Of a stretch of 64,000 bases of DNA, positions 53,139 through 64,000 are shown in pieces. The DNA comes from Gammaproteobacteria bacterium (lineage in GTDB: Bacteria > Pseudomonadota > Gammaproteobacteria > Natronospirales > REEB76), in the NCBI GenBank assembly GCA_036000105.1, contig DASYGE010000012.1, positions 460,436-524,435 on the forward strand. The letters are read 5' to 3'. Position 1 is the first letter of the stretch. Each line of letters begins with the position of its first letter. The notes beneath the pieces are model-generated. The model worked only from the letters and a program-made list of their open reading frames with translations. It was not told where the DNA came from and searched no databases. Both the position numbers and the translations under genes were made by a program.

Positions 53139-54167
53139 TTAGTCTTGCGGCCTCGGCGGCGCAGTGGAACCGCGCACCACTAATTTCGGGCTGTAACCCT
53201 CGTTGCGGATGCTGTCGTCGCCTTCCCTGAGTTGTGCGATCAACAGGCGTGCCGCATGGCGTGCCACGGTATCTGTGGATTGATGGGCGGTGGTGAGGGC
53301 CGGCCAGGATTGCCGGGAGAAGGGACTATCTTCGAAGCCGGCGATGGAGAGGTCGTAAGGCACGTTCAGGCCCGCGGTGCGGGCCGCTGCCAGCACGCCG
53401 GCGGCGATCTCGTCGTTGGAGCCGAAGATGGCCGTGGGCCGATCCTTGAGGGCGAACAGCTTGCGGGCGCCGCGGAAGCCGTCGTCGAAGGAATAATCCC
53501 CCGCCACGATGAGCTTGCTATCCGGTTTGATGCCGTATTCGCTGAGCGCGTCTTCATAACCCTTGAAACGTTCCGGACTGGAGCGGTGTTTCTTGCCGCC
53601 CCACAGGAAACCGATGCGGGTGTGTCCCAGCTGGATCAAGTGTTCGGTGATGTCGTAGGCCGCATCCCGGTCGTCCACGAACACGCAGGGGTAACCGTCC
53701 TCCGGATCCTTGTCGGCGGAGATGATGCGCACCAATGGCACGCCGGCCGCAGCCAGGGTGCGGAGCAGCGGGATGCTCTCGGACATGGGCGGCGCGAGCA
53801 CGAGCCCCGCCAGATGCGAACGCTGCACCAGTTCCGTCAGTTCCCGGATGAGTCCCGGTGAGGAGGAGTCGCAGGGGTGGATCTGCAGGCCGAAACCCAT
53901 CTCGCGGCAGACGGAGAGCACGCCGCTCTGCAGGCCGATGATGTAATGGGCGTTGGGGTTGTCGTACACGAGGCCGATGGCATAGGCCTTGGCGCTGCGC
54001 AGGCTGCGCGCCGAGAGGTCGGGGCGATATTGCAGCTCGTCGATGGCCTTCAGCACGCGCTCACGGGTGCCATCCCGCACCGAGGCTTCGTGGTTGATCA
54101 CCCGCGACACGGTCTTGATGGAGACCTGCGCACGCCGGGCGACGTCTTTGATGGTGGCAATGCTCAC
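53139..54167 (-). CDS. LacI family transcriptional regulator (possibly NagR-type)
   Basis: MSIATIKDVARRAQVSIKTVSRVIN HTH plus a periplasmic-binding-protein-like core. Confidence 0.85.
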   Translation of the reverse strand: MSIATIKDVARRAQVSIKTVSRVINHEASVRDGTRERVLKAIDELQYRPDLSARSLRSAKAYAIGLVYDNPNAHYIIGLQSGVLSVCREMGFGLQIHPCDSSSPGLIRELTELVQRSHLAGLVLAPPMSESIPLLRTLAAAGVPLVRIISADKDPEDGYPCVFVDDRDAAYDITEHLIQLGHTRIGFLWGGKKHRSSPERFKGYEDALSEYGIKPDSKLIVAGDYSFDDGFRGARKLFALKDRPTAIFGSNDEIAAGVLAAARTAGLNVPYDLSIAGFEDSPFSRQSWPALTTAHQSTDTVARHAARLLIAQLREGDDSIRNEGYSPKLVVRGSTAPPRPQD

Positions 54168-54264
54168 GGCGACTCCGGGTGCATCTGCATGCGGGACGGG
54201 GATAGGGTCATGGGCCGGCGACTCCGGCGGACCCCTGTCGTCTGCCGGTCTTCCGCGTCCATGC

Positions 54265-55557
54265 TCAGGAGACTGCGCTGACCTTGAGTTTATTCAGACC
54301 CATCCGGTTCCCCACCAGCGCGTAGAAGAGGATATACAGGTAGCAGGGTGCCATCAACAACAGGAAAACTTCCTGGAAGTCGAACAGCTGTTTTAGGTAG
54401 ACGAACAGCTGAGGGATGATGGCGCCGCCGGCGATACCCATGATGAGCAGGGCCGAGCCGAACTCGGTGTAGCGGCCGAGATGGCGGATGGCCAAGGGGA
54501 AGATGGTCGGCCACATCATGGCGTTGGCGAAACCCAAGGCCGCTACGAAGCCCACCGACATATAGCCGTGTGTGCTGAAAGCGCCCAGGGCCAGCAGGAT
54601 GCCGAGCAGGGCGGAACCCGCGAGATAGCGTTCCTGGGACACGAGGCGCGGGATGAGCGCCAATCCGGCTACATAGCCCAGCAGCATCGCCACCAGAGTG
54701 AAGGACGTGAAGAACTTGGTCTGGTCCAGGGGCAGGCCGAAAGCCCGTCCGTAGGTGCCGATCGCATCTCCCGCCATCACTTCCACGCCTACATACAGGA
54801 ACAAGCACAGCACCCCCAGCCACAGATGCGGGTAATGGAATATGCCTACCCCGGCTTTGTGATCCACATCTGCGTTGGCGGTGCTGGACTGGACTTCGGG
54901 TAGGGAGGAGCGCACCACCCAGACCGCGAGCAGCACCAGTACCCCGGCCATGATCATGTAGGGCAGGTGCACCTTGGCGGCGAAGGCATCCAGCAGCGCA
55001 TCCCGCGCTTCGGGGGTGGCTGCGGCCTTCACCTGCTCTTGGATGGAGCCGATGCCGTTCAGCACCAGGGTACCGATCACCCAGGGGGCGAGGGCCCCGG
55101 CAGTCTTGTTGCAGATACCCATGATGGCCACCCGCTGGGCAGCGCTGTCGATGGAACCCAGGATGCTGATATAGGGGTTGGCCGCAGTCTGCAAGAGCGC
55201 CAAGCCCGCGCCCATGACGAAGAGGCTGGTGAGCGCGCCGGGGTACACGCGCATGGCGGCGAACTGGCCGAAACCCAGGGCGCCTATGGCCATGACGAAG
55301 AGCCCGAGTCCCATGCCTTTCTTCATGCCCGTGGCCTTCAATATCCATGAGGACGGGATGGCCAGGAAGAAGTAAGACAGGTAGAACGCCATGGGGATGA
55401 GGAAGGCGCTCACGTCGCTGAGGTTGAAGGCCACCTGCACGAAGGCGATCAGCGGGCCGTTCAGCCAAGTGACGAAACCGAATATGAAGAACAGCATGCC
55501 GATGGCGATGATCGGCATCCACTGGTTCTGGGCTTGGCCGGCGTTTGCGGATGGCAT
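54265..55557 (-). CDS. MFS sugar permease, FucP/GluP family (glucose/galactose or GlcNAc NagP-type)
   Basis: Trimmed to MPSANAGQAQ. 12 TM helices. FFIFGFVTWLNGPLI is a GluP-type N-terminus. Confidence 0.8.
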   Translation of the reverse strand: MPSANAGQAQNQWMPIIAIGMLFFIFGFVTWLNGPLIAFVQVAFNLSDVSAFLIPMAFYLSYFFLAIPSSWILKATGMKKGMGLGLFVMAIGALGFGQFAAMRVYPGALTSLFVMGAGLALLQTAANPYISILGSIDSAAQRVAIMGICNKTAGALAPWVIGTLVLNGIGSIQEQVKAAATPEARDALLDAFAAKVHLPYMIMAGVLVLLAVWVVRSSLPEVQSSTANADVDHKAGVGIFHYPHLWLGVLCLFLYVGVEVMAGDAIGTYGRAFGLPLDQTKFFTSFTLVAMLLGYVAGLALIPRLVSQERYLAGSALLGILLALGAFSTHGYMSVGFVAALGFANAMMWPTIFPLAIRHLGRYTEFGSALLIMGIAGGAIIPQLFVYLKQLFDFQEVFLLLMAPCYLYILFYALVGNRMGLNKLKVSAVS

Positions 55558-55844
55558 GGTCTGGGCCTCCGGTTTAGGGCTTTTGCCATGAGGACAAAAC
55601 CTGTCCTCTCTGACAGAAAACCGTGATTTTTGTCCTGTCGCCTGTCCGGTCCCGTGAGCCAAGGTGTCCGGTAGTTTGCGGGCCTCAAGGCTGTGTACTT
55701 AAGGCTACAGCCTGTCAGGATAAAGAAATACTACTTAACTATATGATTAAATTAGTAAATTTTTAGTCAACCACACGACCATCCGCTGTGGACCGCCGGA
55801 TAGTACCACCGCCCGAGGCCCGGCGGGTCTTCCCGGGCCCGTAT

Positions 55845-55858
55845 TGACAACGTTGTCA
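55845..55858. promoter_or_regulatory. perfect 14-bp LacI-family-type operator palindrome TGACAACGTTGTCA
   Basis: Read directly. Has the central CG typical of LacI-family operators and embeds TTGACA. Lies in the divergent region between the permease and kinase genes. Confidence 0.55.
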
Positions 55859-55957
55859 TACTGATATCACACTCCAGCCCCATCGAAGCACAGGACCGGG
55901 AATACCGGAGGGAGTAAGCGTGTGGTCGAGCTGGTACGCCAACCGCAGCCTGGGGCG

Positions 55958-56938
55958 ATGAGCGTGAAGGACACGCCTTTCCTTGCCGCCGACGTCGGTG
56001 GCACCCACGCACGCATCGGCCTCGTGAAGAGCGCCAGCGGCGGCGGTGTCAGCATGCTTGCCTACCGCAAATACGCCTGCGCCGAATACCCCAGCCTCAC
56101 CGCGATCCTGCGCGACTTCATGGACAACGAGGCCAAGGTCTCCGTGGACCGCTGTGCCTTGGCTGTCGCCGGCTATGTGATGGACGGCGTGGTCATCAAC
56201 TACAACCTGCCCTGGAAGGTCTCGATCCAGGATCTGCGCAACGGCCTCGGCATGCACGTGCTGTCGCTCATCAACGATTTCGAAGCGGTGGCCCACGGCG
56301 CCCGCTTCATCGAACCCGGCAAGACCCTGCTCCTCACCGGCCCCGAGATCGGCTCCGGCCCGCTCGTGGTGGTCGGCCCCGGCACCGGCCTCGGTTCCGC
56401 GGTCTGCATCCCCGGCAAGAAGCGCGCCACGGTGCTCGCCACCGAAGCCGGCCAGACCAGCCTCGCCCCCGGCACCGAGCGTGAACGCGAAGTGTTGTCG
56501 CGGCTCGCCCGCGAAGGCGATTACGTCTCCTACGAACGCATCCTCTGCGGGCCGGGCCTGCGCACCCTCTACGGCGTGCTCTGCCAGATGCGTGACGTCA
56601 AACCCACGCTGCAGACCTCCGAGGCGATCACCGCCGCGGCGCTCGAGAATGCCGACAGCGTCGCCGGCGAGACCCTGTACATGTTCTGCGCCTTGCTCGG
56701 CAGCTTCGTCGGCAACCTGGCCATGCTCTACAGCGCCAAGGGCGGCGTGTATCTCACGGGCGGCATCCTGCCCGGCATGCGCGACTTCCTGGTGAAGAGC
56801 CAGTTCGTGGAACGTTTCCTGGACAAGGGGCGCATGCGCGCCTATCTCGAGCGCGTACCTGTAAGGCTTATGGAACACGGACAGCTCGGCGTGATCGGCG
56901 CCGCCGGCTGGTACCTGGACAATCAAGATGAAGAGTGA
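55958..56938 (+). CDS. glucokinase-family sugar kinase (Glk or GlcNAc kinase NagK-II)
   Basis: Trimmed to MSVKDTPFLAADVGGTHARIGLV (Glk-type ATP motif). About 326 aa. Confidence 0.8.
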   Translation: MSVKDTPFLAADVGGTHARIGLVKSASGGGVSMLAYRKYACAEYPSLTAILRDFMDNEAKVSVDRCALAVAGYVMDGVVINYNLPWKVSIQDLRNGLGMHVLSLINDFEAVAHGARFIEPGKTLLLTGPEIGSGPLVVVGPGTGLGSAVCIPGKKRATVLATEAGQTSLAPGTEREREVLSRLAREGDYVSYERILCGPGLRTLYGVLCQMRDVKPTLQTSEAITAAALENADSVAGETLYMFCALLGSFVGNLAMLYSAKGGVYLTGGILPGMRDFLVKSQFVERFLDKGRMRAYLERVPVRLMEHGQLGVIGAAGWYLDNQDEE

Positions 56939-57067
56939 TCGCGTCGATAACGGCGGCGGCAGGCGTTGTGAGCGCAGGCCGTCATGGGAAACCCAGAGGC
57001 CGATGGCGGACGGTATTTGCCGGCGTCACGGTTTTAAAACATGGCCAGACCATGAGGGGAGAGCGTC

Positions 57068-59923
57068 ATGAATTATCGGAAAAAGATCGTCCTTGCGACG
57101 AGTCTGATGGCAGGGTTCTGTTTCGCTTGCGTCAGCGCCGCCTTCGGCGACGATGACACGAGCCAGCAGACCCAGAGCAGCACGGCGGCCCCGGCTGCCG
57201 GCACCCAGGCGAGCCCCGAGAAGGCAAAAGAGAACAAACAAGCCACGCTGGAGCTGGGCACCGTCGCCGTGGTCGGCATACGCGCGAGCCTCGCGGCCTC
57301 CTTGGCCACCAAGCGCAGCGCCGACGCGGTAGTGGACGCGGTCACCGCCACGGACATCGGCAAGTTCCCCACCACCAATGTGGCGGAAGCTCTGGCCCTC
57401 ATCCCCGGCGTGACCCTGGATCACAGCATGCCCGCCACCCAGCGTGTCAGCGTGGATGGACTGGATCCCAGTCTCAACCTGAGCTACCTGGATGGCCATC
57501 CGGTGGCCCAGGCCATGTGGCTGTTCGGTGACCTTCCTAATCGCGGTTTCAATTTCTCACTGCTGCCCTCCGAGCTGGTGAGTAAGGTAGAGGTATATAA
57601 GAGCCCCGAGGCGCGCCTGCCGGAAGGCAGCCTGGGCGGCCTGATCGTCATGCACACCGCTGATCCCTTGAACTTGAAGCCCAACACGGTGGCGGGATCT
57701 GTAGGCTATAACTACAACTCGCTGGTGAGCGAGGGTAAGCCGAATGCATCGGCCTTCTTCAGCACGAAGAACGACGACAGCACCTTTGGCTTCGATATCG
57801 CCGCCTCCCATTACGAGGAAGTGGTGAGCCGCCAGGGCATGGAGAACTACGGCTATACCCCGGTGTCGGCCATCGCCGCGCTGAATCCGGCCATCCAGGC
57901 TGAGGTCACGAGCGGCGCGCTCAAGCCCACGGACCTGATGCCGAACGAACTCTCGGCTGCCAACTTCAACCAGGTGGAGCGGCGCAACGCAGTGTTCGCC
58001 AACTTCCAGTTCCGGCCGACAGACAATTTCGAATCCACCGTTTCAGCCATGTACATGCTGGATGATCTGGCCAACACCAACCAGTCCACCTATGCCTGGG
58101 CGGCACTGCGTCCTGCCGGCATCACCCAATTGGGCAATGTGGTGGACGGCATCGTCACCACGGGTGCCAGCACAGCTGACAACCTCGGCACCGCTCTTCC
58201 CAATGGCAACACAGATGGGCCGTGCACGAGCGACACCGCCGGTGCTTGTGCCCAGAAAGCCATCTCGCTTTCGGACAACTTCGCCCGCGAGTCGGAGATC
58301 ACCACCCAGGGTCTGGACTGGCGTACGAAGTACAGCGGTTATGACTGGAACGTGACTACCCAGGCGGGTGTCAGCAATTCCACCAACCCCATCACTCAGG
58401 TCCTGAAGGAGATTGCCTACGGCGGCAGTTTCAAGTGGAACCTGAGCAATGGCTTCACTTTCACCGACCCGGCTACGGCGAATAACCCGGCCTACTGGGC
58501 TGATTACGGTTGGGGCGGCAACCATGTGCTGCTGCCTTATGCCGCCCGCGACAGCTATGCCCAGGGCGATTTCACCAAGGATCTGGATGGCGTCTTCACC
58601 GACTATATGGTCGGTCTGCGCTATGCCGGCCATTGGGAAAGCCAGTCCATGTACAACTACGGAGGGTTCACAGCCAAGACCTTGAACCAGATCGGTTACG
58701 GCGGGCTGAGCGATCTGACGGGCATGTCAAATCTGGGGCTGTCCCAGAGCATGGTCGCCCATGTACAGACTTCAGGTTTCCAGGCCATCGCCGGGGCCAA
58801 TCCCTTTTCGGCCACCGCCAACTACCCGGCCAAACCGGACCCGAACAGCTACTGGGATAACACCTGGAACGTGCAGCAGGACAACACCTCGGCCTATGTG
58901 CAGGGTGACTTCACCAGCGGCCCCACCCATGGCAACGTGGGCGCGCGCGTGGTGCAGACCAAGCTCACCGCCCAGGGGTTCTTGATTCCCGGCACCTGTA
59001 TCACTGCTGATACCTTCCCCTGTGCTTTCCCGAAAGGCTTCGGCTGGCAGACATTGAGCAGCACCCATACCAGTGTGCTGCCCGCCTTCAACATCGCCTA
59101 CGATGCGACCCCGGACATCGTGGTTCGTGGCGCGGCGTCGGAGACCATCGCCTATGCGCCCTACAACCAGTTGGCCCCGTACTTCGAGGCCAATGACACG
59201 GTGCTGACGGCCGCCGCGGGCAACCCGAACTTGAGCCCGTACAAGTCTGCGAACTTCGATGGTTCGGTGGAGTGGTACTTCGCTCAAGACTCCGCTCTCG
59301 CCGGGTCGTTGTTCTACAAGGACGTCACGAACTACATCGTGAACGCTGCCACGCTGGAACAGCGCATCAACGGTTCATGGACACTGCCCGGCTACATCAA
59401 CTCCACGGGCAATGCGCTGATCGCTACCGGTCAGTGCACAGCGGCGGGCGTCTGCAAGTACAGCGTGACCCAGCCGGTGGACGGCGGTTCCGCCAAGGTA
59501 AAAGGCTTCGCCGTGAGTTACCAGCAGGCCTTCGCCGGCACTCCTTTCGGTCTGCGGGCGAACTACACTTACTCGGACGCCACCACCAGCAGTGGCCTGC
59601 CGATGCCCTATAACTCGAAGAACACTTACTCCATCAGCCCCTACTTCGAACAGGGCCCGTTCAGCGCGAGCCTGGCTTACAGTTATCGCAGCAGCTACCT
59701 GGCGGGCGGTTACGTGGCCGGTGCCCCGTCCACCTATACTGATTCCTTCAAGGAGCTGGATGCGTCTGCGGGTTATAACTTCAACGCGAACTGGTCCTTG
59801 AATCTGAATGCGATCAACCTGCTGAACTCCACGTACTACCAGTACTTGGGCAGCAAGACCCAGCTCGCCCAGGAGTATAAGACCGGTCGTCAGTACGTGC
59901 TGAGCCTGGGCGCCAAGTTCTAA
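57068..59923 (+). CDS. TonB-dependent receptor, large carbohydrate-type (~950 aa)
   Basis: Signal peptide. Plug motifs (VVDAVTATDIGKFPTTNVAEALALIPGVTLD) and C-terminal F. Size and N-terminus match the Xanthomonas/Caulobacter/Alteromonas sugar TBDR subfamily. Confidence 0.85.
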   Translation: MNYRKKIVLATSLMAGFCFACVSAAFGDDDTSQQTQSSTAAPAAGTQASPEKAKENKQATLELGTVAVVGIRASLAASLATKRSADAVVDAVTATDIGKFPTTNVAEALALIPGVTLDHSMPATQRVSVDGLDPSLNLSYLDGHPVAQAMWLFGDLPNRGFNFSLLPSELVSKVEVYKSPEARLPEGSLGGLIVMHTADPLNLKPNTVAGSVGYNYNSLVSEGKPNASAFFSTKNDDSTFGFDIAASHYEEVVSRQGMENYGYTPVSAIAALNPAIQAEVTSGALKPTDLMPNELSAANFNQVERRNAVFANFQFRPTDNFESTVSAMYMLDDLANTNQSTYAWAALRPAGITQLGNVVDGIVTTGASTADNLGTALPNGNTDGPCTSDTAGACAQKAISLSDNFARESEITTQGLDWRTKYSGYDWNVTTQAGVSNSTNPITQVLKEIAYGGSFKWNLSNGFTFTDPATANNPAYWADYGWGGNHVLLPYAARDSYAQGDFTKDLDGVFTDYMVGLRYAGHWESQSMYNYGGFTAKTLNQIGYGGLSDLTGMSNLGLSQSMVAHVQTSGFQAIAGANPFSATANYPAKPDPNSYWDNTWNVQQDNTSAYVQGDFTSGPTHGNVGARVVQTKLTAQGFLIPGTCITADTFPCAFPKGFGWQTLSSTHTSVLPAFNIAYDATPDIVVRGAASETIAYAPYNQLAPYFEANDTVLTAAAGNPNLSPYKSANFDGSVEWYFAQDSALAGSLFYKDVTNYIVNAATLEQRINGSWTLPGYINSTGNALIATGQCTAAGVCKYSVTQPVDGGSAKVKGFAVSYQQAFAGTPFGLRANYTYSDATTSSGLPMPYNSKNTYSISPYFEQGPFSASLAYSYRSSYLAGGYVAGAPSTYTDSFKELDASAGYNFNANWSLNLNAINLLNSTYYQYLGSKTQLAQEYKTGRQYVLSLGAKF

Positions 59924-60133
59924 GCGCCTGACCGGTCCTGCATCCGGCCATGAGGGCCGGGACTGGTAGTAGATCCATGGATACCCTGGCCGGTGGTGAT
60001 CGCCACTGCCGGCCAGGGGGCCTTGGTCATGACTTATATCCCGCCTGAATCCGTGCAGAACCTTGAGGCTATAGACAGCTTGCCAGCGGCCGGGTGAGGC
60101 TGTGTCTTTCTTGGCACTTTCAGAGGTAAGGCT

Positions 60134-61149
<1,016 letters not shown>

Positions 61150-61153
<4 letters not shown>

Positions 61154-61866
61154 TCGACGCCGTGAGACTCGAAGCCCAGGTGTTCCCGGATGCGGATGCT
61201 GCCGCACGGGCAGCAGCGGGTTTCATCTCCCGTTCGGCGCGCCGTGCGCTGGAGCGGCAGGATCGCTTCCTGTTGGCCCTGAGCGGCGGCCGTACGCCCG
61301 GACGCATGTTCAACCACCTGGCGGCGGAAGACCTGCCCTGGCCCTGGGTGCACCTGCTGCAAGCGGATGAGCGGGCGGCGCCCGCCGACAGTGCCGAGCG
61401 CAGCCTCACGAACCTGCAGATGAACCTCCTGATGCAGGCGCGACATCCGCAGCCACAGATCCATCCCATGCCGGTGGAGATGGCGGATCTGGAGGCCGGC
61501 GCCCGTGCCTATACCCGGACCCTGGAGCAACTCGGTGGCTCGCCACCGGTGCTGGACATGGTGCATCTAGGTCTGGGTGCCGATGGCCACGCGGCCTCCC
61601 TGGTACCGGGGGATCCGGTGCTGGACGTGGTGGACGCGGACGTGGGCCTGACCGGCCTCTACAACGGGCGCCGCCGCATGACCCTCACTTTCCCCCTCAT
61701 CAACCGGGCGCGTTCTGTGCTGTGGCTTGTCACGGGCGCGGAGAAAGCCGAGATGCTCCGCCGCCTCTGCAGCGGGGATACCAGCATGCCCGCCGGCCGC
61801 ATCGACCGGGCACGAGCAGTGGTGTTCGCTGACCAGGAAGCCGCGGGCTCAGGCGCCATGCGCTAG
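61150..61866 (+). CDS. pgl: 6-phosphogluconolactonase
   Basis: ATGA overlap with gnd. LALSGGRTP and LGLGADGHAASL motifs. Confidence 0.85.
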
Positions 61867-62066
61867 TCGCGCGTGGATCACGTTTCTCACCTGCATAAGC
61901 CATCTACTCCCACCGCTGCAGGGCGCACAGGACCCCGCGCCTCAGGGTTTCCCTGAGCTTTATTCAGGTTTCTCCGGATATCCATGCCCCCAGGGCGATG
62001 TTCTGATATGCCTACGCCGCGAGGGCTTAGGAAGCCCCGGCAAATCCATCACACAGGGAGAGTGGC

Positions 62067-62654
62067 ATGTTCGACGCATACATCAGCACGGATTCCGGCA
62101 GCGACGAGCGGACAGCCCATGACACGGACGCCCAGGTCACGATATTCCCCTGCCGGGAGCGGTTCGAGGCGGGCATCAGCCGCATGTTGAGGGCCACCAC
62201 CGGTCAATGCGCGGTACTGCACATGACCGTGCGCAGCGACAGCCTCTGCACTGGTTCCGTGAGTCGCAGGATATTGAACCTGGCGGGCAATGCCCTGCGC
62301 ACGGGGATGCATGTCAGGGCGGCGGCGTATCTGGGCGATGCGGAATATGCCGTGCTGCTGCAGGACACCGATGCGCGGGAAGCTGCGGCTTATGCCCAGG
62401 CGGTGACCGCACTCGTCTGCGGTGCCAGGGTGTCGTGGGACGACGAAGTGCTTACGCTCACGGCCTGCATAGGCGGCGTATTGGCCGACGACTGCGAGGA
62501 TGGCGCTGCCTTGCTGGAGATGGCGGAAACGGCGAGGGCGCCCGCCTGGGGCAAACCCGGTTGCAAGGTGCACATGTTGCATGCGCCAGAAGGGGATACG
62601 CAGCTGCCGAAGAGCGGATCTGCGACCCCGACTTATTCGCTATCAGCTATATAG
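62067..62654 (+). CDS. stand-alone degenerate GGDEF-like domain protein
   Basis: 195 aa, alignable by eye to the GGDEF fold. The signature reads LGDAEYAVLL instead of GGDEF, and the metal-binding DxD region reads LHMTVRSD. Confidence 0.45.
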   Translation: MFDAYISTDSGSDERTAHDTDAQVTIFPCRERFEAGISRMLRATTGQCAVLHMTVRSDSLCTGSVSRRILNLAGNALRTGMHVRAAAYLGDAEYAVLLQDTDAREAAAYAQAVTALVCGARVSWDDEVLTLTACIGGVLADDCEDGAALLEMAETARAPAWGKPGCKVHMLHAPEGDTQLPKSGSATPTYSLSAI

Positions 62655-62662
62655 ATCAGCAG

Positions 62663-63118
62663 TCAGCGGACGCTGCATTCACCCGGTTCATCGAGACCCA
62701 GGTGTGCCTTCACGAGCGCGCTCTGGGCTTTCGCGAAATAGTTGACGAAGCCGAGTTTCAGGCCGATAGCCAGCATGGCGGCGACCGCCAGCGCGATGCC
62801 CGCTGCCACGATATCCGGGTGGCCGAGGAGTGCGCCTATGTGCTCGCCGGGGCCCGGGAAGGCCACCGGTTTACCGAGCCAGCCCAGAGTCGCCGCGGTC
62901 CAGAAGATTCCGAGCGGTACGCTGATGAAGCCGAAACCGAGGGTCCTGGATGCCACGCGAAGCACGTTCATGGCCTGGGCCTGCCAGATCCTACGGTTGC
63001 TCCGTACTCCATCCACGATGAAGTGCCACTCGCTTTCCGCGATCTCGCCCATGAACCGACCGCCGATATACACGGGACGCATCCTGTCCTGGCTTTGGAT
63101 CGCTTCCACATCAGACAT
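62663..63118 (-). CDS. hypothetical membrane protein
   Basis: 151 aa ORF with a soluble N-terminus and 2-3 TM helices. No family recognised. Confidence 0.45.
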   Translation of the reverse strand: MSDVEAIQSQDRMRPVYIGGRFMGEIAESEWHFIVDGVRSNRRIWQAQAMNVLRVASRTLGFGFISVPLGIFWTAATLGWLGKPVAFPGPGEHIGALLGHPDIVAAGIALAVAAMLAIGLKLGFVNYFAKAQSALVKAHLGLDEPGECSVR

Positions 63119-63301
63119 TCCATTCTCCTAGGGTCTTACGTCTGCACCGCGGGGCCTATGTAAGGTGCTCGACAGGTTCCGGGAAACCAACCTACCTGTA
63201 AGCATATTCTCGCCGTATTCCAGTCTCTGGACAATAGTCATCGTGAAGCTGCTCCAGACGGGGCCATGGCACAATCGGTCCCTGCACGGGAGCATCCTGA
63301 T

Positions 63302-64000
63302 ATGCGCGCAGTAACACTTCGTCACAAATATCCCAGCGTCGCTTGCATATTCGGCGCCCTGTTATGTATCGCTACGATATCCACGCGTGCGGAGGCAGCG
63401 GGGATCATCGCCGCCTATTACGACGGCAACATCCCCGTGGCCGCCATACCAGCCGCCCGACTGGACTATCTCATCTACGCTTTCGTCGAACCGGACGACC
63501 GCGACTTGTGCGCGGCGCCGACTGCAGCACAGCTGGATATCTTCGCCGGCCTGCGGAAACTGCGCGCCCAGCATCCGGGCCTGCACCTGTTGTTGTCCAT
63601 CGGCGGCTGGGGCGCCGCGCCGCAATATTCCGATGCGGCTCTCACCGCCGATTCACGCACGGCCTTCGCCCGCAGTTGCATCCAGCAGTATGTGGCGCAG
63701 CAAGGCTTCGAGGGGATCGATCTCGACTGGGAGTTCCCAGTGCATGGGGGCATGAACAAATCCCGCCCCCAGGACCGCACGGACGCCACCGCCTTGGTGC
63801 GTGAACTGCGCCGCCAGCTGGACCTGCTTGGGGGAAAGGATCGCCGCCACTATTACCTCACCGTGGCGGCGCCGGCCGGCACCTGGCAGCAGGGCGGAGC
63901 CTATTCCGTGAGCGATAGCTACGATCTCGCGGCGCTAGTCGGCAGTGTGGATTGGCTGAACGTCATGACCTATGACATGAACAACGTCTTCAGTCCGGTC
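63302..64000 (+). CDS. secreted GH18 chitinase (partial, continues past window end)
   Basis: Not in the ORF track because it is open-ended. My translation from ATG 63302 gives MRAVTLRHKYPSVACIFGALLCIATISTRAEA (signal), then LLSIGGWG and the catalytic FEGIDLDWEFP (DxDxE) motif. Confidence 0.8.
   Translation, partial: MRAVTLRHKYPSVACIFGALLCIATISTRAEAAGIIAAYYDGNIPVAAIPAARLDYLIYAFVEPDDRDLCAAPTAAQLDIFAGLRKLRAQHPGLHLLLSIGGWGAAPQYSDAALTADSRTAFARSCIQQYVAQQGFEGIDLDWEFPVHGGMNKSRPQDRTDATALVRELRRQLDLLGGKDRRHYYLTVAAPAGTWQQGGAYSVSDSYDLAALVGSVDWLNVMTYDMNNVFSPV

Noticed and set aside
56939-57067. Additional NagR/NagQ-type sites upstream of the large TonB-dependent receptor and of the GH18 chitinase (63119-63301).
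   Set aside because: Only weak partial matches were found: GGCAGGCGTTGTGA is 8/14 to the palindrome, and there is a single GGTATT half-site. These were not reported as sites.

Overview
Visibly GC-rich proteobacterial chromosomal segment. About 65 protein-coding genes are tightly packed, many with 4-nt start/stop overlaps. I found no rRNA, tRNA, CRISPR array, transposase, integrase, prophage or recognisable defence genes. Gene content suggests a Xanthomonadales/Nevskiales-like gammaproteobacterium, but this is inference only: a NagQ/NagB-II type GlcNAc pathway, carbohydrate-type TonB-dependent receptors, SapC, a bacterial ACE-like M2 peptidase and a B3 metallo-beta-lactamase.

Layout:
- 0-16 kb: mixed housekeeping and envelope genes, including uvrD and an unusual DUF805-pilin fusion.
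- 16-21 kb: pip, dtd, a divergent HisA-like gene and tatABC.
- 21-27 kb: peptide-scavenging genes (POT transporter, M2 peptidase, OPT transporter).
- 30-41 kb: small stress and regulator genes. An ECF42-type sigma operon headed by a DGPF/YciI gene is bracketed by two ArsR-SRPBCC modules.
- 41-46 kb: a TonB-dependent receptor / YfiR-like / histidine kinase / response regulator operon.
- 46-64 kb: chitin/GlcNAc utilisation genes (GH20, nagA, NagB-II, nagQ, LacI regulator, MFS permease, Glk-family kinase, TonB-dependent receptor, GH18) interleaved with zwf, gnd and pgl.

Most of the window is ordinary. The least-explained signal is non-coding. Two ORF-free intergenic regions (16.29-16.91 kb and 19.31-19.62 kb) are packed with perfect hairpins. 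They show strong strand-asymmetric GGA enrichment, with A(N)GGA motifs in hairpin loops. One of them has a clean intrinsic terminator that belongs to neither flanking gene. I flag these as candidate CsrA/RsmA-binding sRNAs, not as established features. Function calls rest on motif recognition by eye; no database search was possible.
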